Made by a program: the position numbers and the translations under genes
Part shown: positions 58,253 through 64,000 of the stretch, one piece after another
How positions within the stretch are numbered: position 1 is the first letter of the stretch
How the letters are laid out: the number at the start of each line of letters is the position of its first letter
Assembly (NCBI GenBank): GCA_016794445.1
Contig: JAEUKC010000022.1
Location: 1,133-65,132, forward strand
Direction: 5' to 3'
From: Myxococcales bacterium
GTDB taxonomy: Bacteria > Myxococcota_A > Polyangia > Polyangiales > JADJMO01
DNA length: 64,000 nucleotides
Notes under the pieces: generated by a model
The model's database searches: none
What the model saw: only the letters and a program-made list of their open reading frames with translations
Told to the model about the DNA's origin: nothing

Positions 58253-59938
58253 TCAGTGATCGTGCTGTTCGGGGGCCTCGGGCTCGTCGTCCGGGAACGT
58301 GAAGGTCGGCGGCGGATCGTCCTTCACGCGCTTGGTCTCGAACACCCACCACTTGCCGCGGTGCAGGACCACGTCGACCTCGTTCGCGTGCGTGCCCCAC
58401 ACCGAGGCGCGCGGGTCCTTGCCGTCGTCGTAGGTGGTCTTCATGAGCACGAGGTCGAAGTACTTGGCGAAGGCCATGCCCGGCCGGTAGTCGCTCGGGT
58501 TCCACTCGAAGTTCGCCGGCGGATCGGGCGGCATCATCTCCCGCTTGTAGTGCACGGGCAGGCTCATGGTGCGCGTGAACGAGAACGCCACCTCCCCCCC
58601 GTTGCGCGCCACGTAGTAGGCCGGCGAGTGCAGGAGCGACCACTGCTCGGTGGCCTCGATCTTGGGGTGCCACACGAGGCCGGTGATCCGGCGGCCCTTG
58701 GGCATCGCGTCGAGGATGGCGTCGAGGTCGGCCATCTCGGTCCGGACCGCGCCCATGAAGAGGAAGAAGCTCGCCGCCGCGCCGAGGCCGACCGACACGC
58801 TCATGAGGCGCACGAGCTCCTCCTTCTCGGGCATCGCGCGCGGCGCGAACAGCGCGGCGGTGATGACGATGAAGAACGTGAGGCGCTCGAAGACGAAGTT
58901 GGTCGCCCAGAACACGTGCGGGATGACGAAGTACGCGACGAGCGACGCCACGAACATCCAGCGCAGCTGCGCCGGCGCCTCGTCGTCGGGGTCGCGGAAC
59001 AGCGCGGCGAGGAGCAGGAGCCCGAGGCCGACGCCGAGGATCTTCTGGTCGAGCATGTCGGCGCGGAGGCCGGCGCCGTAGCCGAGGAAGCCCTTCACCT
59101 TCTGCATGGCGAAGACGTCGTTGCCCTCGTAGGCGCCGTACTCGAAGTTCTGCCACGCGAGGCGCTGCTGGCGCCGGTACACCCAGGCGCAGAACGCCAC
59201 GGCCGGCAGGAGCGGCGCGCCGATGCGCAGCGCCCGCCCGAGCCGGGCGAAGAGGCCCTCCCGCGAGACCTGCACCTTGGCCACGATCGCGACCAGCATG
59301 AGCATGTAGACGAGCGCCGAGGCGAGCAGGTGGGTCCACGCGCCCACCGTGGCGAGCAGCGCGGTGAGCAGGTCGAAGCGCAGCCGCTTCTCCGCGGGCA
59401 CCTGGCCCTCTTGGCGCGCGAGCACGCGCGCGAGGACGAGCATCTGCACCGCCGCGCCGAGCCCGAAGTTGATGAACCCCCAGGCGAACGTGTACCCGAC
59501 GAACACCGGCAAGACGAGGAACGCCCGCGCGCGCGGCCGACCGGTGGCGCGACACAGGGCGAGGGCCGCGAACCCGAGCAGCACCATGTAGCCGCTCACC
59601 ACGAGGCGCCCCGCGGTGTCGATGGGGACCACGAGCCCGAGCCCCGCCACCAGCACGTGGAAGGCGGAGTTGTAGCTGAGGAGGTTGGTCTCGAAGAGCG
59701 CCCGCTCGGGGGCGCCGCTCGCCATCATGCGCCGGAGGGTGCCGGCGAGGGCGAGGTGCTGGGGGTAGTCGACGAGTGGCAGGAGGCGCGTGCGGAAGAG
59801 GCCGCCCACGAGCAACAGGATGGCGCCCCAGTAGGCGAGGCTCAGCGACTTGCCACCAGCGTCCCACGGTGGGGCGGTGCGCGAGAGCTCGGCGTCGGCG
59901 CGCGCGTCGAGCGGCGGGATCTCCTCGTCTTCGGCCAT
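58253..59938 (-). CDS. large polytopic membrane protein with C-terminal soluble domain (function unknown)
   Basis: 561 aa with about 10 hydrophobic helices, then about 170 residues of hydrophilic domain. Confidence 0.75.
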   Translation of the reverse strand: MAEDEEIPPLDARADAELSRTAPPWDAGGKSLSLAYWGAILLLVGGLFRTRLLPLVDYPQHLALAGTLRRMMASGAPERALFETNLLSYNSAFHVLVAGLGLVVPIDTAGRLVVSGYMVLLGFAALALCRATGRPRARAFLVLPVFVGYTFAWGFINFGLGAAVQMLVLARVLARQEGQVPAEKRLRFDLLTALLATVGAWTHLLASALVYMLMLVAIVAKVQVSREGLFARLGRALRIGAPLLPAVAFCAWVYRRQQRLAWQNFEYGAYEGNDVFAMQKVKGFLGYGAGLRADMLDQKILGVGLGLLLLAALFRDPDDEAPAQLRWMFVASLVAYFVIPHVFWATNFVFERLTFFIVITAALFAPRAMPEKEELVRLMSVSVGLGAAASFFLFMGAVRTEMADLDAILDAMPKGRRITGLVWHPKIEATEQWSLLHSPAYYVARNGGEVAFSFTRTMSLPVHYKREMMPPDPPANFEWNPSDYRPGMAFAKYFDLVLMKTTYDDGKDPRASVWGTHANEVDVVLHRGKWWVFETKRVKDDPPPTFTFPDDEPEAPEQHDH

Positions 59939-59981
59939 CGGCCCGCATCGGTACTTGAGCCACGCGGGCGAAGGAAGGGCT

Positions 59982-60467
59982 TCAGGAGACGAGGTCGGGC
60001 GGGGCGAGCGGGCCGATGGCGGCGCCGAAGCAGTCGCAGATGCTGCTCGCGGCGTCCGCGCAGGTGCACGAGTCGCCGCAGGAGATGGTCCCGCACGGGG
60101 CGGTCGCCGCGTCGGTGCTCGGCTCGCAGGTGGCGGTCGTGGAGCTCGCGACGCACACCTTGCCCGGCGCGCAGTCGACGAGCGTGAAGCCCACCCCCGC
60201 GCTCATCCGGCACTTGTTGGTGACCGGCGCGTCGCTCGCGACGTCGGTGGAGCCATCGCGGGCGTCGGGCGCAGCATCGGTGACGAGCGTGTCCGTCACG
60301 CTGTCGGCGACGAGGGTGTCCGTGCCGCTGTCCGCCACCGCGGTGTCGACGGCCGCGCCGTCGGCGACCGTGCCCGTGTCGGTGGTGGCCGTCTCGCTCG
60401 AGGACGACGATCAGCCGGCCGCCGCGGTGGAGAGGAGACAGAGCGCGCGAAGGAAGGGGAGCTTCAT
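59982..60467 (-). pseudogene. Cys-rich secreted lipoprotein gene interrupted by an in-frame TGA at the lipobox Cys codon
   Basis: ATG 60467: MKLPFLRALCLLSTAAAG, then TGA (60411-60413), then in frame SSSSSETATTDTG... continuing into track ORF 59982..60338 (8 Cys). TGC/TGT at that codon would give the lipobox AAAG-C-SSS. Confidence 0.6.
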
Positions 60468-60498
60468 CCCCGGAGTGTGCAGGGCCTCGACCCCGAAG

Positions 60499-61698
60499 TC
60501 ACGCGGGCGGCTTGTTGCAGCCGAACACCACGTCCACGGCCTTGACCTTCTCGGCCTTGATGTCGGCGCAGAACGACCCGTAGAACGTGACGGTGTTGGT
60601 GGTCGGGTCGTAGTCCCAGCCGTTGGTCTTGGTGGTGTCGCGCGGCACCTCGGTGCCCTTGTCGAAGAACGCGAAGATCTTCGTCGAGTCGGGCGGGGTC
60701 TTGCCGAGCTTGAACACGCAGCCGAGGGCCGTGCTGCCGATGGTGGTGAGGGCCTTGTCGAGCGACGTGGCGTCTTCGGCCTTGAAGAACTTGGGGCTCG
60801 CTGCGGCCGCGGGGACCCCGCCCGCCGCCGCGAACGAGTCCATCGCCGCCGTGTCGACGGCGCTGCCGAAGCCGATCACGAAGGTCTTCACGCCGCGCTT
60901 GGTGGCGAGGTCGGTGATGGCGGCCAGGGTGCCGGCGTCGCCGCCGCCGGCCGTGCAGCCGGCCTGCGCGCCGTCGGTGAGCAGGAGCACGTAGCTCTGG
61001 CGGGTGGCGTCGCCGAGCCCTGGGTCGGTGGCCGCCTGCTTCATGGCGGTGTCGATGTTGGTGACGCACGGGCCGTCGGGGAAGAACGGGTCGGTCGTCT
61101 TGAGCGCGCTGCTCAACATGGTCGAGATCTTGGTCTCGTTGTCCGGGCCGAGCGGGATCGGGATCGTCCCCTGGCTGCACTTGTCCGCGTCGGTGTCGGG
61201 GAACATGATCAGGCCGAAGCGCAGCTTGCCCTTGTACTTCGTGGTCATGTCGGAGATGGCCTGCACGGCGATCTGCCACTTGGTGAGCGCGCCCACCTTG
61301 GCGGTCATCGAGCACGAGCGGTCGAGCACGATGAGCACGTTGGAGGGCACCTTGTCGGCCGAGGCGGACTCGGCGCCGCAGTCGCCGCCCGGGAGGCACG
61401 CGGGCTTGCCGGTCTCCGGGGTGATGCACTTCATGCCAGGCTTGCAGTCGCCGTCGGCCGCGCACGAGTCGGCGTCGATGCACTTGTTGAGGACGCTGCA
61501 CTTCTGCGGAGCGACGCACGCCGGCTTGCAGTCGAGGGTGAGGGTGTCGGCGAGGCCATCCGGAGCGCCGTCGAGATCGATGCCACCCCCCGTGTCGGCG
61601 GGGTCGAGGCTGTCGCTCCCACCTCCGGCGCCGCTGCACGCGACGAGCAGACCGCCCACCAAGACCGCCGAAAGCCCCATCTTGAGCACTGCGCGCAT
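60499..61698 (-). CDS. von Willebrand factor A (VWA) domain lipoprotein with Cys-rich N-terminal module
   Basis: MRAVLKMGLSAVLVGGLLVACSG lipobox. MIDAS motif DRSCSM (DxSxS), later LLTDG. Confidence 0.85.
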   Translation of the reverse strand: MRAVLKMGLSAVLVGGLLVACSGAGGGSDSLDPADTGGGIDLDGAPDGLADTLTLDCKPACVAPQKCSVLNKCIDADSCAADGDCKPGMKCITPETGKPACLPGGDCGAESASADKVPSNVLIVLDRSCSMTAKVGALTKWQIAVQAISDMTTKYKGKLRFGLIMFPDTDADKCSQGTIPIPLGPDNETKISTMLSSALKTTDPFFPDGPCVTNIDTAMKQAATDPGLGDATRQSYVLLLTDGAQAGCTAGGGDAGTLAAITDLATKRGVKTFVIGFGSAVDTAAMDSFAAAGGVPAAAASPKFFKAEDATSLDKALTTIGSTALGCVFKLGKTPPDSTKIFAFFDKGTEVPRDTTKTNGWDYDPTTNTVTFYGSFCADIKAEKVKAVDVVFGCNKPPA

Positions 61699-61733
61699 GG
61701 CCTGCCTCCCCGCTCGAACGCCGACCTGCGAGT

Positions 61734-62528
61734 ATGGCACGCGTGGCCACCGCTCGCACCCTCGGCGGGCTCCTCCTGCCCGCCCTCGCGATCCTGGTCG
61801 CAGCGCGGGTGCTGCCGTCGGTCCAGGTAGGACCCGGCGCGGCGGCGGCCGTGGTCTACGTCGGCGCGACCCTGTGCGGAGCGATCGGCGTCGCGCTGAC
61901 GCTGCGCAGCACGGATCGCCCGCTCGTCCTCGCCCCGATCGGCGCCGCCGTGCTGGTCGCGGCCGCGCTCGTGCACGGCGGAGCGTGGCTCGCGGCGCCG
62001 GTGGCCAGCGCGCTCGTGGCCCTCGCGGTCGGCCTCGGCGGCTCGATCGGCCTGCGCGTGCAGCACGCCGGGCACTTCTTGCCCGCGGCGGCGATGGCGG
62101 CGGCCGCCGACATCGTGAGCGTCACCGCCTCCTTCGGCCCCTCGCACGCCATCGCGGAGAGCCCCCGCGCGCTGTCGCTGCTGGCGATCTCGTTCCCCGT
62201 CCCCGGCACCCACCTCGCCGCGCCAGCGCTCGGGGTCGGCGATCTCCTCTTCTTCGCGCTCGCCCTCGGGGTCGCGCGGGCCCACGCGCTCTCCGCGGTG
62301 CGCGTCGGGCTCGCGGGATACCTCGGGGTGCTGCTCGCAGGGCTCCTGTCGGCGGTGCTCGCGGCGCCGATCCCCGCGCTCCCGGCCATCGGGGGCGCGA
62401 TCGTCGCGTTCGTGCCCGAGACCCGCAAGGTGCGGCGCGTCGACCGCACGGCGACGACCATCGCGGTCGGCCTCGCGCTGCTGGCGCTCGCCTGGGCGCT
62501 GGTCCGTGCGAAGATGGCGCCGCCATGA
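61734..62528 (+). CDS. polytopic membrane protein with presenilin/SPP-like GxGD and PAL motifs
   Basis: 264 aa, about 7-8 TM helices. D126 (AAADIV), G167-VGD170 (GVGDLLFF) and P214-AL (IPALPAIGG) in consecutive helices with about 44-residue spacing. Confidence 0.6.
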   Translation: MARVATARTLGGLLLPALAILVAARVLPSVQVGPGAAAAVVYVGATLCGAIGVALTLRSTDRPLVLAPIGAAVLVAAALVHGGAWLAAPVASALVALAVGLGGSIGLRVQHAGHFLPAAAMAAAADIVSVTASFGPSHAIAESPRALSLLAISFPVPGTHLAAPALGVGDLLFFALALGVARAHALSAVRVGLAGYLGVLLAGLLSAVLAAPIPALPAIGGAIVAFVPETRKVRRVDRTATTIAVGLALLALAWALVRAKMAPP

Positions 62529-63238
62529 AGCGCCTGCTCTACGCCCACCGCGGCGCGTGCGCCGAGCTCCCGGAGAACACGCTCGAGGCGTTCGCGCTCG
62601 CCCTCGAGCTCGGCGCCGACGCCATCGAGACCGACGTGCACCTCACGCGCGACGGACACGTGGTGGTGTTCCACGACGACACCGGTGCCCGCGTGGCAGC
62701 AATGTCAGCAAGGGTCCGCGACTGCACCCTGGCCGAGCTCCGCACCTGGGATCTCGGCAAGGTGCGCGGCCTCCCTGTGCACCACATCCCCACGTTCGAC
62801 GAGGCGCTGGCCCGCTTCCCCGACACGTTCTTCAACGTCGACGCCAAGGTGCCCGCGGTGATCGACCCGCTGCTCGCCGTCATCGAACGGCACCGCGCGG
62901 CCCACCGCGTCCGCCTCGCGAGCTTCTCCGCGCGCAACCTGCGCAAGATCCGGCGCCTCGGCTACCGCGGCGAGACCGGCCTCGGCGACGACGAGGTCGT
63001 GCGGTTCCTCGTGCAGCCGAGGGTGCTCCCGCTGCCGGGCGACGCGCTGCAGATCCCCACCGCGTTCGGCCCGCTCCGGCTCGACAACCGGCGCACGATC
63101 GACCGCGTGCACGCGTTCGGCAAGCGGGTGGACTTCTGGGTGATCGACGACGCGGCCGAGGCGCAGCGCCTGTTCGACCTCGGCGCGGACGGCGTGATGA
63201 CCAACGACCCGCGCGCCCTCCGCGAGGTGCGCCGATGA
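62525..63238 (+). CDS. glycerophosphodiester phosphodiesterase family protein
   Basis: AHRGACAELPENTLEAF, ETDVHLTRDGHVVVFHD, FWVIDD...GADGVMTNDP. ATGA overlap with the upstream gene. Confidence 0.9.
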   Translation: MKRLLYAHRGACAELPENTLEAFALALELGADAIETDVHLTRDGHVVVFHDDTGARVAAMSARVRDCTLAELRTWDLGKVRGLPVHHIPTFDEALARFPDTFFNVDAKVPAVIDPLLAVIERHRAAHRVRLASFSARNLRKIRRLGYRGETGLGDDEVVRFLVQPRVLPLPGDALQIPTAFGPLRLDNRRTIDRVHAFGKRVDFWVIDDAAEAQRLFDLGADGVMTNDPRALREVRR

Positions 63239-63903
63239 CCCTCGTGCTGCGGCTCACCAGCGGTGCGCGAACCATCGAGCCCGCCGAGGCCCATGTGATG
63301 CTCTCGCGCCGCGCCGGGCTGCCCGGTGCCTACGGGTGGGACCAGGCGGCCCACGTGCTCCGCGCGCTCGAGGCCGAGGGGGTGGGCGCGATCGCGCTCT
63401 TGCCGCTCGCGCTGCCCACGAGCTGGATGGTCAACGCCAAGGCCACCTCGCGCACGTTCCGGGCGTGGCTCACCCCGCGCTGGCACGCCGCCTTCGAGGG
63501 CGTGCTCGCGGCCCTCGATCCGAGCCAGCCGTGGCCCGAGCTCGACGGGGCCCGCATCCAGGGCTTCGTCGAGGAGCTGGCGCGCGCGCCCGGGGCCGGC
63601 CTCGCTGCCCTCACCAAGGTGCTCGCGCTGCTGCGACCGTCGCTCGTGCCCTTGATGGACGACTCGGCGCTCGCCGTCACGCTCGGGGTCGTGCCCCTGC
63701 CCGAGACCGACGACGCGCCCGCGGCCGGGCCGGAGCACTTCACGCCGATGATGGACTGGTTCCACCGCGAGCTCGCACGCAACGAGCGGGCCCTGGTCGA
63801 CCTCGCGCGCGATCACACCGAGGCTGTCCTCGAGCCCGCGCAGGTGCTCGATCGGGTGCTCTGGTACGTGAGCTTCGGCCACCGGCACTTTCCGCCGGGA
63901 TAG
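63235..63903 (+). CDS. hypothetical protein
   Basis: 222-aa in-frame segment of track ORF 62506..63903, starting at an ATGA overlap with the GDPD stop. Contains LTKVLALLRPSLVPLMDD and VLDRVLWYVSF. No function recognised. Confidence 0.55.
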   Translation: MTLVLRLTSGARTIEPAEAHVMLSRRAGLPGAYGWDQAAHVLRALEAEGVGAIALLPLALPTSWMVNAKATSRTFRAWLTPRWHAAFEGVLAALDPSQPWPELDGARIQGFVEELARAPGAGLAALTKVLALLRPSLVPLMDDSALAVTLGVVPLPETDDAPAAGPEHFTPMMDWFHRELARNERALVDLARDHTEAVLEPAQVLDRVLWYVSFGHRHFPPG

Positions 63904-64000
63904 CCGCTGGCGGCGAGGCGCGAGGCCGACTACGGTCGCGGCGTGCCGAGCGGCAAGGACGTGTTCTTCTACGCGATCCCCGGCGCGATCGCGGTGGTCG

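Noticed and set aside
60350-60413. Selenocysteine recoding of the TGA at the lipobox position
   Set aside because: There is no SECIS-like stem-loop within the usual distance downstream of the UGA. A nonsense mutation or base-call error is more parsimonious. The observation is kept as a finding, but the Sec interpretation is disfavoured.

Overview
High-GC (about 70%) bacterial chromosome segment. It is almost certainly Myxococcota: it has a MYXO-CTERM-type sorting tail, a very high density of lipobox lipoproteins, Ser/Thr-kinase fusion proteins and several sigma-54 activators. I support about 65 protein-coding genes plus a few regulatory sites, repeats and terminators. I found no rRNA, tRNA or CRISPR array. 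Housekeeping anchors are purB, rpmE, a DUF1385 gene, prfA, proS, apbE, bcp, an S41 C-terminal protease and purF. Accessory and regulatory blocks are: (i) a DUF1592/DUF1552 pair followed by a lipoprotein / beta-barrel / CxxCH / MYXO-CTERM cluster (3.2-10.1 kb); (ii) a 1541-aa Ser/Thr kinase - P-loop/TPR - GAF - sigma-54 activator fusion, convergent with a hybrid histidine kinase whose phospho-His is replaced by Gln; (iii) a MntA/HepT toxin-antitoxin pair; (iv) a RAYT-type transposase gene with unusual upstream repeats, and a REP-like hairpin cluster elsewhere; (v) RegB/RegA flanked by a YtkA-like and a His/Cys-rich lipoprotein. The most interesting block is (vi), a K+ uptake locus at 41-53.6 kb. 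There kdpFABC, a split KdpD-like sensor, a pseudo-receiver, an NtrC-type activator with its kinase, two extra micro-ORFs (one KdpF-like) and a divergent KimA-like symporter all appear to be driven by -24/-12 (sigma-54) promoters, and a palindrome shared between the two control regions lies upstream of all three promoter motifs. Two lipoprotein genes show translational oddities: an in-frame TGA exactly at the lipobox Cys, and a signal peptide that starts at a CTGA stop/start overlap. Many long ORFs in the six-frame track are antisense or out-of-frame artefacts of the GC content and are not reported as genes. All calls rest on reading the sequence and translations and on recognising motifs. No database search or covariance model was run.
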